A DNA stretch of 64,000 bases from the human T2T-CHM13v2.0 reference genome, Homo sapiens: NCBI RefSeq assembly GCF_009914755.1, contig NC_060926.1; one strand, 5' to 3'. A model generated the notes under the pieces. It worked only from the letters and a program-made list of their open reading frames with translations. It did not search any database and was not told the origin of the DNA. Shown here in pieces: positions 27,289-40,932 of the stretch (the stretch's first letter is position 1; each line of letters starts with the position of its first letter). A program made the position numbers and the translations under genes.

Positions 27289-28214
27289 CAGGCTGTGATC
27301 CATACTCTCATCTCAGTGAACACTTGCTGTTTACAGAGGGCAAGCTGCTTTTGTGTGATTCAAAGCATTACTAATTAAAACCTGTTACCATCCTAAGGGC
27401 AGATATATTCTCCTCTGGAGCAGCATTTGTCTGTCCCATTAGCATTAATGGGAGTAGCACAAGTGCATCAAGAGGAGAATGGTCCCCTTGGGTCTTTGAA
27501 CTTAACTCTACTTCAAAACTGAAACCGATATATACAATGGTATCATTGATGCCATTAAAAATCATTATACTTTACTGCAACTTTTATAAAAGTAATTGTA
27601 AGCTTCATGAAATATACTTGGCTCCTGGGAGTTGTGCATTATTAGGCTGCGACTGGACATGATACAGTAAATTACACTATAATACTTGAAAAATATTTTG
27701 GCCAGGGGAATTTACTAGAGCCCAGTCCAGCTTATGCAGAGGTCTATGTTCATAAAGACAATTAGCTTGGGTAGATTTGAAAGGCACATGTAATTCTTTG
27801 CTAAAATTTAGGGAAAGGTCTGGCAAAAGATGCAACTTAGTGTCTATGTTTACAGTAATATGTCTTAATGGGCTGCTATAAAATACCATCACCTTGTGTC
27901 TCTGTAATATTCTTCATTTGCATAGTCTTAAATGCTTTACTGGTATTATAGAGCTGATGTTCCAATTATTTGAGAGAGAGAAAGAGGAGGCATTTTTTTC
28001 CAGACTGTGAAACTGAGGCTTAGAGAAGCCCCGTGGTGACCAGGGTGAGGGACGAATAAAAAGGGAGGATTCAGGTGTCTACCTGACATGCCAATCTAAA
28101 GGATTAAACTAGTGGAGAGCCAGGGCAGGAATGGCCTCCATTTCCAAGCTAGAGGCCCTGGTCTGCATAATTAGCTGTTGCATTCACTGTCATGGGATGC
28201 AGCTGAATTTAACG

Positions 28215-28392
28215 GCCTGGATTGGTGACCTCATTAGCTATGAGAACATGAGCAAATTTAACAGTTTCCTAGTATGTAAAATAGAGATTACAAAGTACCT
28301 ATTTTGTGGGGTTGTTCTGAAGATTAAACAATTTAATGCACATAAACCTCTGAATAGTATCTGGCACATAGTAAGCACTCAATAAATGTGAG
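28215..28392 (+). mobile_element. MIR
   Basis: CAGTTTCCTAGTATGTAAAATAG...GTTGTTCTGAAGATTAAA...TGGCACATAGTAAGCACTCAATAAATG. Confidence 0.8.
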
Positions 28393-29084
28393 TCATCCTC
28401 GTTAACCTTTAAGCCAGCCAGGGCTGTGTTATCTATAGGGAAATGGTGCACAGAGAAGGTTGATTGGCAGAGAGAACCACATCCTTTACTTCTAATCTTC
28501 CCGGAAACCAGTTCCATGTTACTCTATTGCGTCACCAAAGTCCCATGGGCTTAGAGCTTCAGACCCTCTAAAACTATAAGTTGCCTGGGAAAAGCAATGC
28601 ATCATTCCCAGTGTCTGACATGTGTGCCACAATGCACTTAACTTCATCAGGTCCTTTCCTGAGAATAGAGGAGACAGATCGTGTTCCCTGGACCCTGCAA
28701 AGAAGGGGTGGACCAAAAAGCCAAGGTTGGCACCTACATCCTAGCCTAGAGCCAGCTCTGACCTCAGGGTTGTCCCTGCTGGCCTATATATAGTTAGCCA
28801 CTGATTCCCTCACTAGTAAGTTGTGTCTGCAACTTCTGAATCTGCCTAGTGTCACCCGAACCAGAACTCCAGTGGTCTGAGGTCTTTTCAGTAAAGGAAC
28901 ATTCGGTCACAGCTCTGGAGGTGCTGCAGGCTGGAATACCAGGGCTGCCAGAAATGCTTCTTTCCATTGTTTCGTGTGTGTGGCTGCCTGGCCAGTCCTG
29001 GGACAGGAAGAAGAGTACCAAGGGAGGCCTCTCCTGTCCTTTAAGTCCAAGCAGTTAATTTGTCTTCTCTATCCTCCCATGCCA

Positions 29085-29238
29085 GTCTACTGAGCTCTAA
29101 CACATCTCACATTTTACTGAAATTATCTATGGTTTTGTCCACTGGACTGTAAACTTCCAAAGGAGAGAGACGACATTTTATTTATCTTTGTTCTAGTACA
29201 GTGCCAATATTAGTGGATACTCAAATATTTATTAAATA
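29085..29238 (+). mobile_element. L2 3' end fragment
   Basis: CACTGGACTGTAAACTTCC...TAGTGGATACTCAAATATTTATTAAAT. Confidence 0.55.
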
Positions 29239-31369
29239 CAAAACTTCTTGGCAAAGGAGTTTGCCAAATCATCTCTTGGAACCATGAGTTTTAAAAGCAC
29301 TCCCACAGTTCTTAATTCAGGTTCGAGTATTGTAAGTCTATTCCTCAGTGTTCTTACAGATTTGATTTGCTTCAAAGTTGCCTTCAGATTCCTTAGTTAT
29401 TGAGCAATAACATAAATGCTACATTGAACATTTTTTCTTATTTTTAAATGTCAGCAAATAATAAACTAAGCTTGTTTTTGCTTTTTAAATATAATGAAAG
29501 TAAAATGAGACCACCAGATCAATTTTGCAGATTATTTTTATATCTCTGGGATTTAAGCAAACTAAAAAAAACTGTGGTCCCCAGAAAGCTTAAGAAGAGT
29601 TTGAAACCACAGACTTAATAAGTTTTTTTTATATCTATTTAGCATCTCAATTAACCTTATCAACTCTCTTTCATTCCACTGGCAATTTTCTGACCTCCAA
29701 GTTGAAGACTTGAGCCCTGAATTCTGCTCATGGGTGAGTAATCACAGCAAGCCCATAGCAGAACCTATCCTCAAACCACAAATATATCATCTTCAGCATT
29801 GTAAATCAAAGCCTCAAAGAGCATCATTTAGCCTGCAGCTAAAATTGCTTGTTTATCAGATGGTGCCTGGTTTAGCGTGGAGCAGTCCCTTGTAAATCTC
29901 TGGGACCTTTTACAGCATATACTTAAGCAAGCACATCGCCTCCTGGGAGGCTTTCTAAGAGTTTTAATGACTGTGGGCTGCTGAAAGATCCAGGCCTTGG
30001 TTTAGCTAAAGTGGCTAGGGGTACAGTTTGGCTCCATTTTGTAAACTCACAAAGATAAGGCGTCTGCCTGCTCCAAAGTGAGAGTGAGCATTTGTTTTTC
30101 AGGAAATCTTTATATCCAAAGTGTTAATGTTCTTGTGGCTTTGGCTATTTTGACCTTTTGTCTGCTAACTTTTGATTTACTGAGGGAGAGAGTTCTTTTT
30201 CTAGGCTTTATTGCCACTCTGGAAAGACAATGAAATGCATGTGATTCTGCAAAATTACATGAAAAAAACTGATTTTGGATTAACACTGTACACATCACAC
30301 ACAATGGTAATGGAGTCCCACTCCCTGCCCCCACAGCCTCTCTTTAGTTACATTTAAAAGTAAATATGTGCCCATGCTTCTGCCACAGAGCAATTAATGT
30401 GTCCACCGCAGACCCTGCTGGTGACTTGCTCACCTCAGCATTTTCTTTCTAAGAAAGAGAACAGTTTATAGATTCTGGCCGTGTAGCTAAAGGTAGCAAA
30501 GGGAAATTGTCCACCAAATTCCCATTGGTTTAAAAACCTAGCTACTTGCTGAAGTCATGAATAGCTTATTGACTGAATGTACCACCAAGGACCCCGGCAG
30601 CCCACCAGCTACTTTACTGATAGACAGTGGAAGAGCCCTGATGAAATTCACTAATTAAAGAAATCTTTACATGGTTCTTTCTTATATACCCCATCTCTTT
30701 GATACAAGTTAATTAAAGTACTCTTCAAAACCTTCACCTGACATGGAAAAAGTTCCCTAGAGAGTTGGAGGAGAAGCAAAGCACATTTCAGGGGCTCTTC
30801 ACTTGTTTTCAGGCAATGATAAATTGTTTCCATGTTAATTTTATAGCTACCATGGTCTAGGTTTTGAAAATCAGCCTATTTTTCCTAATACCGTGCTCCC
30901 TTCTCACAAGCCAAAGATTAATGTTTTTGCCTTTGCCCCATTAACACATACTTTTAGCTTTTATGACAAGTATTGTATACTTATCCTCAGGAGTCCCCAG
31001 CTTGAATGCCCTTCATCAGAATGATGCCTAGTGGGGAACAGCTTATCTGTAGTAGTGTGCTTGTTTGGAAAACAGTAAAACTACTAGCAAAACCCTCCAA
31101 AATTAAAAAATAAAACACAAAACATGCTTCCTGAAAATTTACTTTATATATTTATTCCTCCAAAACCAGGTCCGAGAGACAGTTTGTAATATTCAGACAA
31201 ATTAGAAGACAGATGATGCTAGTGAGTTTTTGATTTTTTTTTTCATAAAAGGTGGTATAGTACCATTCCTCTTTCCTGGTGACCACATTTTTAGCCCCTA
31301 CTATAACCCCTACATGGCAAGGTATATGATAGGAGAGGCTTCTTGGAGTATAACATTACACAATACTTA

Positions 31370-32910
31370 TTTCATTCATTAATTTTATGCAAAATAACAT
31401 TTATTGAGCATCTATTATGCATGATGCTAGGCCCTGGGACAAAATTTTCCTATTCTCATTAAAGCATCTAGTCTAGTAAAAGAGTGCATCCATTAATAAA
31501 ATAATAACAAAAAATGTGAAATCACAATTTGGGTAAGAGCTATGAAGAAGAGATACAGAATACTGCAAAAGAAGACTCCACCTAGTTTAAAAAGTCAAAA
31601 AAAAAGCTCACCTGAGAAAATAATACTGGAATCAGAAACATAAATGAGAGTTATCTAGGCAAAGAAGGGAGGAAAGAACATTTCTAACAGGGAGAATAGC
31701 ATGTGCAAAGGCCCTGTGGAAGGAGGGAACTTAGAGGAGGCCAGTCTGACTGAAGAGGAAACCTCAGAAAGGAGTATGGTGAGTTTGAGATTGGACCTTA
31801 CTTCTTAGTCCATATTAAGGGTTTTGCATTTATCTTATGTGCAATAGGAATCACTGAAGCATTCTAAGCAGAATGTGATTCTAAGCAGAGTAACATACCC
31901 AAGGCTGCATTTGGAAATGATCGCAATAGCTACATTTAGAAAAGATTGCAATAGCTACAGGGTAGAAAAGAGATTTAGGGCAGCCAGGACTCATTCTGGA
32001 GAGATGAGTTAAGAGGCAATTGCAAGGACAAAGGTGGTGATGTTGGAAATTAAGGGAGAAGTAGACAGATTTGAGAAATATTTAGAGATAAAATCAATAG
32101 GACTTAGTGAGTGGACATCCAAGGTGATAGGAAAGAGAAGTGTCAGGAATGACTCCTATGCTTCTGTTGTGCATAACTGAATGGCTGGTGGTGTTATTTA
32201 GTATCCTTGAGGAGACTGGAAAAGGACCAGGTTTGGGGATGGTAAAGAGTTTGAGACATGGTAGATTTGAAGTGGCTCCAGAATATCTAGAAATATTAGG
32301 TAGGCATTGGATAAACTGGCGTGGAGCTCTCAGGGCTCTCTGAGCTAGAAATATAAATCATGAGACGTCCATGTGGGGATGGCCACTGAGGCTAAATGCA
32401 TTAGTTTCTTAGGGCTGACATAACAAATTACCACAAATATGGTGACTTAAAACAACAGAAATTTATAGTCTAATCATTTTTGAGGCTAAAAGTCTTCAGG
32501 AACACTATTGCTTCTTCCAGCTTGTGGTGGCTGCCAGCAATCCTTGGCCTTCCTTGGCCTGTAGCTGCATCACTCCAATCTCTGCCTCTGTCATCACATC
32601 ACCTTCCCCTCTTTTGTGTGCCTTCTCTTCTGTCTGTGTTTCTCTGTTTGTCTCTCACAAGACACTCTTCGCTGAGTTTAGGGCCCATCTGTATAATCCA
32701 GAATGGTCTCACCTTGAGATCCTTAACATTAAATTACATCTGCAAAGAACTTTTTCCCAAATAAGGTCTCATTTATAGGTTCTAGGGGTTAGGATATAAA
32801 CGTATGTTTCAGCCCACTACAGCATGCACATGCTAATAAATGAGATCACTCAAGGAGACAACAGAGTGGAAAAAGAAAAGGGCCTAAGACTGTGCCTGGA
32901 GGAATTCTAA
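31370..32910 (-). mobile_element. L2 fragment interrupted by an MLT1 LTR
   Basis: TTCATTCATT...ACATTTATTGAGCATCTATTATG, then AGCATGTGCAAAGGCCCTGTGG. Resumes after 32821. Confidence 0.8.
32397..32821 (-). mobile_element. MLT1B/C-like solo LTR
   Basis: TGCATTAGTTTCTTAGGGCTGACATAACAAATTACCACAAA...CAGCCCACTACA. Confidence 0.8.
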
Positions 32911-32979
32911 TGTTTATTCAGTGTGCCATGTAGAATTCCACTGCGTAGCAACAAAGGCCATTGACTAAAAAGTTTCTTT

Positions 32980-33125
32980 AGAACCATGCATGGTGGCTCA
33001 TGCTTGTAATCCCAGCAACCTGGAGGGCCGAGGCCAGAGGATTGTGTGAGGCCAGGAGTTTAAGACCAGCCTGAGCAACATAGCAAGATCCCATCACTAA
33101 AATAATAAAAGATAAAAATAAATAA
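32980..33125 (+). mobile_element. Free left Alu monomer (FLAM-like)
   Basis: Single monomer GGTGGCTCATGCTTGTAATCCCAGC...GCAACATAGCAAGATCCCAT followed by an A-rich tail. Confidence 0.8.
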
Positions 33126-33447
33126 GTTAAAAGTTCCTTGGAAGTCTGAGATCATTATCAATTAAAAACTCCTGAAGTTTTCCATCTATTCATCATTCTC
33201 ACCCGTTACCCACTTGTTCAAATACAGCCCCCTAAAATCTCTTTTCTCATATTCTTCTGCCCAGTATACTTAGCACTCAATTAGCACTCTCACTGATTGC
33301 TTTCTAAATGTTCGGCATGCATTAATCTTAGTATGCTCCCTGTGGGCAGGTTCTGCATATTCTATTCCCTGGTATTTCCCCACGGCATTCAGTATAGGAC
33401 TGGTCACATGACAAATATCCACTAGATATGTGTTGATTAGTAAGGGC

Positions 33448-33976
33448 TGTATTAGTTTTGCTATTATTGTAATTAGTTTTCTGTTATTAATTTTCCAGTA
33501 TTGCTATTAAATCACAATTTCATTGATTAAAACAACACAAACTTATTACCTTATAGTTAATAAATCAGAAGCCCAGCGTAGGTCTCACTGCACTGGAAAT
33601 CAGTGTGTGGACTGGACCAGGTGTGTTCCTTTCTGGAGATTGTAAGGGATAATCTGTTTCTTTACATTTTCCAGCCTTTGGATTCCTGCAACTTGCATTC
33701 CTCTACTTGTGGTCCCTTTCTCTTTCTTCAAAACCAGCAAAAGCAGGTCAGGCTCTTACATCTCAGCACCCAGATATCCTCTTCTAATTATTTGGAAACT
33801 TGTGATTTCATTCGACCTACCCTGATAAGCCAACATACCTTCTCTATTTTAAAGTCAGAGAATTAGCAATCTTAATGCCATCTGAAACCTAAGTTTCTTT
33901 TGCCATGTAGGTAACAGTTCCACGGATTAAGATATGCACATCTTGGAGGAGGGCAGTCATTATTCTGCCTTCCTCA
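33448..33976 (-). mobile_element. MLT1D/E-like solo LTR
   Basis: TGTATTAGTTTT...TTAAAACAACACAAACTTATTACCTTATAGTT...CATTATTCTGCCT. Confidence 0.7.
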
Positions 33977-34272
33977 AGTTCATTCAAACTTACTAATTAA
34001 ATTACACGGCCAACATGTTGGCCTTTGAACATAGGCTCTCAGGAAACAGATTTTCCTTCCCACTTCCATGAGCAGGAAGACTTCTAAACAAAAGAATGAA
34101 GAATGATTGCTTGACGATGACTAGTTATCAGACAGCAGAGAAAGAACAAGTGCTAACAGGGGGCTCCTGGCCCAGATTGTAGCTGTCTACTGAGCCTCAG
34201 TCTTGAAAACCCTGTGCCATTCAAGTTTCCTCAGCATTTACCACAAAGCTGTGTGGTCAGGTACCGAGCAAA

Positions 34273-34363
34273 TACAGTGACCATAAGATTTATCATACTA
34301 ATCAGGACACCATTAACAGTGAAAGGGGTATAACAGGTGTAAGCTGGGTGTGTGGTCACCCTA
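34273..34363. mobile_element. MER81-like hAT-Blackjack MITE
   Basis: GTGACCATA...CAGGACAC...TGGTCACCCTA inverted termini. Confidence 0.6.
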
Positions 34364-34639
34364 AAAGAGGTAGAGAGTGCAGTCAGAATGAAGAAAGTCC
34401 TTTTTACCTGGTAGTTAGGGCCAGGAAGGGTGAAGACTGTCTCATTTCTGCATGAGACACTTCTTTTTGTCCCTGGTCATTAGTTTGGGATCAATTCAGA
34501 CACATGTGGAGTGCTGGGGTCTGGGGCAGCTCTGCTCTGAGAACTGTCACCTTGGATTCTCCTTGCCTCACCCGTCAAAAGTTCAACACATTGCAAAATG
34601 CTTCTTTGCATTTAGATAGTGTCTTGTCTTGTCAAAGCA

Positions 34640-34850
34640 CTTTGACACATTCCTTTGAAACTTCACAATAGTTACATGAGGCAGGACAGGAAGATGCACG
34701 TTGACCTTTCCATTTTGCAGAAGAAGAAGATGAAGCTGGATGCAGAGGAGTTGAGTGGCTTTCCCAAGGCCACAGAAATGTTTAAACCTGGAATCCAAAC
34801 TACCTCAATCCTGGTCACAGTCCAAAGTTCTTTTTCCCACACTGCCATAC
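34640..34850 (-). mobile_element. MIR
   Basis: CCATTTTGCAGA...GAGTTGAGTGGCTTTCCCAAGGCCACAG. Confidence 0.7.
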
Positions 34851-36071
34851 TCTGGATGATTGATATCACCCCGTATTTGTAATCATATTAGTCAGAAGTC
34901 TGGAAGAACAAGCTAGCTTGCCATCACCTTCTCAAGGGCCTACTTGAGACTTCTGAGTCTTAAAGGAAAATGATATAAACATTGAGATGTCCTCTCTCCA
35001 GTTTGACTTTCAAATGGGCTAAAGAAACATTCAAAGCATGTGTTCTTTGCCCTCTAGCTACTCTGGAGACAACTGTTCCCAACTCCATTCTCTAGCTGGT
35101 GGCTGCAGCAGCATCTTTGAATAAGGACAATGACACTTTTGATATATAAAATGTAATTTGCCTTCCTTTCATTAACAAACACTTTTCCAGAGAGCAAATT
35201 TCATAGCTCAGACAAATGTGAAAGTATTGCCTATCTGCCTGTGGATTATATAAATCTACACTGTCTCCTCCAGCAGGAGGTGATAAGAATTGATGGTTGT
35301 AAAGTGATACAAGATTAGTAGCACATTATAAATAAAGCTACCACTTTTTCATCATATAGGTTTAAATCAGGAGAGAAGACATAGGAAAAAATTTTATTCT
35401 GCCCTTAAAGCAACCAAATTTGTAGGTTTGAAAAGCAAGGAGCATTTCCTTCCATTGATTGTTTCCAAAATGCAAAAAGGAGGGGTGGTCATGGAGGGTG
35501 CCAGGGACTAACATTTAGGTTACGTTAGCAGAATCAATAACTAAATTTGTGAGGACTGCTTTGCCAACATTGGAAGTTCAAACCGGGAGGAAGGGCTTGT
35601 AGGAAGCAGAGGTGATGTTGCATAAGAAGGCAAAATCAGACCAAATCTCTTAGTATTCACTGTTCACTGCCAATGTTTCCATTCATTCATACAAGACATA
35701 TCCAGTGAATGCACACTGTGTTCCAGGCACCATTCTACATCCTAGTCAAAAAAAAAAAAAAAAAAAGAAAAAGAAAACACCACTTAGAGTTTTTGAAATA
35801 GAGGGAGTTTAGAAAATGTGTCCAGTTGTGAAGAACATGAAAGCTTAATCCAAAATAATCAGGTCAAAAAATTCCAGATTCTGGGAAATTGTATAACGCC
35901 ATTTGTTGGAGAAAATGTACCTGCAGGAGAGACTGGAAGAAGAATGGCCAGAGCTCTGGGTTCAAAGACAGCTCTGTCACCAGTCTCTGTGGTCTTATCT
36001 CTAAGAGGGGCGCGTACCTTCACAGTTTCACAATGACCCTCCCAGGCTGGTGTTTAAAGATTACAAGTTGC

Positions 36072-36396
<325 letters not shown>

Positions 36397-36514
36397 CTAT
36401 GGCCGGTTCTGCTCATGGAAAATAGTGTTAGGAGAAATGGAGACCTACGTGATATAGAGAAAAGGGGACTATACTTAAAGATTTCAAGCAAAATGGTAAG
36501 TTTACTGGCTAACA

Positions 36515-36868
36515 TGAAAAAGAACCAAATCATGTCCTTTGCAGCAACACGAGGCAGCTGGAGGCCATCATCCTAAGCAAATTAATGCATAAAATAGAAA
36601 CAAAATATCCCATGTTCTCACTTATAAGTGAGAGCTAAACCCTAGGCACACCCAAACATAAAGATGGGAACACAGACACTGGGGACTCCAAAAGGAGGGA
36701 GGGAGGGAGGGGTAAGGCATACAAAACTTCCTATGGGGTACCATGTTCACTCTCTGGGGACAGGATCAGTGGAAACCCAAACCTCAGCATCACACAATAT
36801 ACCCTTGTAACAAACCCCCACATGTACCCTCTGAATCTAAAATTTAAATTTAAAATTTTTAAAAAAGA
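36515..36868 (+). mobile_element. Old L1PA (PA15-17-like) 3' end
   Basis: AAATCATGTCCTTTGCAGCAAC...ATGTTCTCACTTATAAGTG...CAAACCTCAGCATCACACAATATACCC. Confidence 0.85.
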
Positions 36869-38557
36869 ATACAGGGAATGAAATAATTAGAATTGCTCAC
36901 AATTAGTCATTTGTTTTATCTTATAGTACACACACAACAGACTCAGAATAAAAATACTAATCTACTATCAATAAGATTACTTAAGACATTAAAATAAATC
37001 TTTCTGCATATGTCAAAAAATAAGTTTGTTGGCTAAAATGTTTGAGTATTAGGATATTTAGATCTGGTGTATTTAAGCATCAGGAGGCTTATTATCTTAA
37101 ACTGGTTCATACACAGTTCCAGCCCTAAATATACCCATAGCTCTTCCTCTTTCAAAGCCCGAGTTAACATCCTGCACCACAATTGTTCCATCCATGCCTC
37201 ACCCTCTCTGGTTTTGCCTCTGTTCCTCCATGCCAGAGAACAGCTCATGAGTTGTCTGACGAGCACCTTTGAGTCTGGTCCTGTGGATTGTCTTCCCATT
37301 CCTGGCACGCCCCACATGACTACAGGATTCTGGTACTTTCTCTGTGCTGTTGCCTTTGCTCCCTCACCTCGCCACAATTCTGTCAGAGCCCTCCCCCTAA
37401 TTCCCACTCATTCTTCAAGTCCTTTCTGCCCCTCCCAATCAGGACAAATCCCTTTGCCCTGTGGTCTCTCCCTTCTCTGACAGCCCCCACTTGCTCGCTT
37501 GTTTTCATTGGCTTTATGTCCATCTTCCCACTATACTAGAAGTTCTGTCAAGGCAAATGGCTCCAACCAGCTCTGTGTGTAGTCCATAGCAGCTGCACAC
37601 TAGTCATGGGATGGAGTTCAGTCTGTGATAGGTGCCGCTCCTTTGTATTCTCAGGAAACCTGTGCTTAGCCCTGTTACAGCACATGCACACACACAACAA
37701 TGTAGTCACCTTACTAGTCATTTTCCTCCTCTGAGGAGAGAGTGTATCTTTCATCTTTGTGTCCCTACTGCCTGCCCAGGCAACAGATATGAAGTAAATT
37801 CTTTAAGCCCAACATTAGTTCTTAAAAACTATGATTCATTCTGTGCTCATCTTAAGCAATAACAGTTGGCTTAACTATCAGATGAAGTAGGCCAAACATA
37901 AGCCATCTCTAAACTTAAGCCTTTCCATTCCAAAAGCTGGCACTATTATTCTTAATAGGACTGGACTCAAAGTGTGGTGAATGGTGCCCCCAAGACTGGG
38001 TGGCTCAGAATCGGTGTCAGGCCAAATTCTGCCATGGTGGCTGAATTTGATTCCTTATTCATCTGGGACTCATATGAAAAGTGCACATGCAAGCAGAAGA
38101 ACTTTTTGGACACCTGCTCTGTGCTAGCATCATTTGTATCCAGAAGAATAAACAGTTGGTCTTTCCCACGCAAGTATTAAGCTTGGAAGACAGGACTAAT
38201 CTACAGTGAAGGTCTGAAGCACAGGAAACATCTGAATACCATGTAACGTGCTGGAAATGAGGGAACGGCCATCATTTAAGTCATTACTGTGACTCTATAA
38301 TGCCTCTGGGGAGACTGAAGAAATCACCTCTCCACTCCCAGGAGTCTTCTGTTCATGGTTTCAGCCAGGGGACTCCAGCTAATGCAGCTAATTCAGTTCC
38401 AGAGAAGCAGATGCAAGGCATTTTCCTCTCCTCCACTAGCATGAATTTGTTGGCCTTCTGATGTGGCCAATACTTGCCTTTAAAGTTAGCTTTCTAAAGA
38501 GACTTTATTTTACCAACTTTGAAGATTTTAAAACATATATTTTCAAAATACAGTGAT

Positions 38558-39168
38558 TTTGACAATGTCAAGTGTTGACATGGATGTGGAGCACCTGGAA
38601 CTCACATTTCTCATGAGAATACACAATGGTGTAACCACTTAGGAAAACAATTGGGCAATTTTTAAGAAAGTTAAACATAAACAATCCAGCAATCTCACTC
38701 CTAAGAATTTAACTAAGGAAAAAGAAAACATAAAGACTTGTACATGAATGTTCATACCAACACTATTCATAATAACGAATCTAGAAATAATCCAAATACT
38801 CATCTACAGGTGAATGGATTGTGGTATGAAAAATATAAAGGAACAAACCTTTGAAACACGCAATAGCACAGATGACTTTCAAAAACATCAAGCTGAGTGA
38901 AAGAAGTCAAACACATATTAATACTGATTTTATGATCTATTTACATGAAATTCCAGAAAAGGTAAAATCAATCAATAGTGGCAGAAAGCAAATCACTGAT
39001 TGCCTGGGTGGGGTCAGGGCTGGGTGTTTACTGGGAAGCAGATGATGGAAATGTTAATGTTTTAATTATCATGGTGGTTATGCAATTATATAAAATTTTC
39101 AAGATTCATTTCACATTATATTGGTATTGGATGCATTTTATTGTATGTAAATTATGCCTCAACAAAGT
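38558..39168 (+). mobile_element. L1ME-like 3' fragment
   Basis: AAGTGTTGACATGGATGTGGAGCACCTGGAACTC...TTTATTGTATGTAAATTATGCCTCAACAAAGTT. Confidence 0.8.
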
Positions 39169-39744
39169 TTTGGGGGGTTTTTTAAAGAGTGAATTTTGGC
39201 TACCTTTAAAAAAGGCCTTTTAGTTTATAATTACCTTAGGACCAGAGATAATTTTTTAAAACTGAACAATAAATAAAGTCTGGAAACCCCCATTTATTAC
39301 AGAAAACTTGCCTTTTGTTGTTAATGATTCATTTCCCACTCATCAGCTTTAAAACACGGCTTCTTTGGCAATCTAATGTTGAATAATTATCAGGAATGTG
39401 ACCCAAATGTTTCATAAAGACTTCTCTAAAGAGATATTGTAAAAGGGAGAGTTCCATTTATGAGAATATGAGTGAAGTGGAGTCATGATTAAAGGCGTCA
39501 CATTGCACTCCCACATGACTGACAAGTTGGTACATCTGCATGAGTGATTCCATTCAGGAATTCATTTCTCTAGGAAATCTTCAAGAGGAAGTCATTGAAC
39601 TGCCTCATCAATATTTAATCAGGTGGGTTCTTTACCTAGTTGATTGATTGAGTTCCTTTCAGGGAAATTCTGTCTTTAAATCACAAAACACCATGTTTTA
39701 AGAATGGTGGATGAAATTTTGCATGGTAGTTTTTATTAAGAAAG

Positions 39745-39965
39745 GCAAAATGCAGAAGTTAACAGCATGGGCTCTGAAAATATAGCTGCCTGGTCAACTC
39801 TGGGCTTCTCTTCTTATCAGTGATGTGACATTAGGCTACATAGTTAAACCCTCTAAGCCTCTGCTTCCTCCTGTGTAAAATGAGAATATAATATAGATAT
39901 GCCTATAGGATTACTAGGTGGTCTCAGCGAGATATTACATTTAGCATGGTGCTAGGTACATGATT
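39745..39965 (+). mobile_element. MIR
   Basis: TGTGACATTAGG...CCTCTAAGCCTCTGCTTCCTCCTGTGTAAAATGAG. Confidence 0.7.
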
Positions 39966-40238
39966 ATATCCTTATTTTTTATTATTCTATTTATTAATTA
40001 TTATTGTTAAAGAACTCAGAGTACTTCACAGATCATCCAAGCTTTAGCAAAGAATAGGTGACATAATGACTATTTAGCTACAAGAGAAAATGAAGAGAAA
40101 CATATTATTTGACTTATTATGGGTTACATTAATTAATGAACCTAAGTCTCTGGGCTTTTCCTTAAACAGTCTGTCATTCAAATATTCAAACTTTGTTTTA
40201 AACATATTATTAAAATGAATATTAAATTAGCTTCATGA

Positions 40239-40358
40239 CTGAGGGAGGAGAATCGCTTGAACCCAAGAGGTGGAAGTTGCAGTGAGCCAAGATCGTACCA
40301 CTGAACTCCAGCCTGGGCGACAGAGTGAGACTCTGTCTCAAAAAAAAAAAAAAAAAAA
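40239..40358 (+). mobile_element. 5'-truncated AluS (last ~100 bp of the right arm)
   Basis: CTGAGGGAGGAGAATCGCTTGAACCC...GTCTC plus A19. TSD core TAGCTTCATGA on both sides. Confidence 0.9.
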
Positions 40359-40378
40359 TAGCTTCATGATCCCACACA

Positions 40379-40932
40379 CAAAGCAGGTGACAGGGAAAGA
40401 AAGGTGACTGGATGTTTCAGATGGAGGTAAAGGAAACAAACAATCCTGTTTGGTTCAAGGATTGAACCAAGTTTGAAAGAAAAAAACTGGGGGAATACCT
40501 GAATAGTAAATACTTGAAGAGTAAACCGTGAAATTAATTTGATTAGTGAACTACTGCTTGGCACCTCTATCTCTCCTCCTGAAACATTCCAACCTCTTCC
40601 TGTAGAGTGAAAATAGACCTTAAAGTTGTATCTAAATGTGTCCATTTCCAATCAAGATATAGCACTGACCTAGAAAAGTAAGCGATTAGTAATAATCTTC
40701 TGAAATGTTAACAGGAGTTGCATTTTTATTATTATTTAAATGTGAAGCTAACTTCACATTTGGCAAAGCTAACTTCCTACCTGTTATACTTATGAGCCAA
40801 TTGTTCCCTAAAGGCTCAGTCCATTTCTGAGTCTGATACCCACTGGGATTCTAGTCTTTATGAATCATGCCAAAGCAGGTGTATGTTTCAGAGGAAGGTA
40901 AAGGAAATGGAAACAATCCTGTTTGGTTCAAG
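40379..40932. repeat. Dispersed imperfect direct repeat, copies at 40379-40459 and 40871-40932
   Basis: Shared blocks CAAAGCAGGTG, ATGTTTCAGA, AGGTAAAGGAAA and AAACAATCCTGTTTGGTTCAAG in the same order. Confidence 0.9.

Noticed and set aside
31861-31975. Two short direct duplications (ATTCTAAGCAGA; GCAATAGCTACA...TAGAAAAGA)
   Set aside because: Small slippage events inside a decayed L2 with no functional signal.
35748-35778. Orphan poly(A) tract as a tail-only retro-insertion or 3' transduction
   Set aside because: No TSD or polyadenylation signal is visible, so it cannot be distinguished from a simple repeat expansion.
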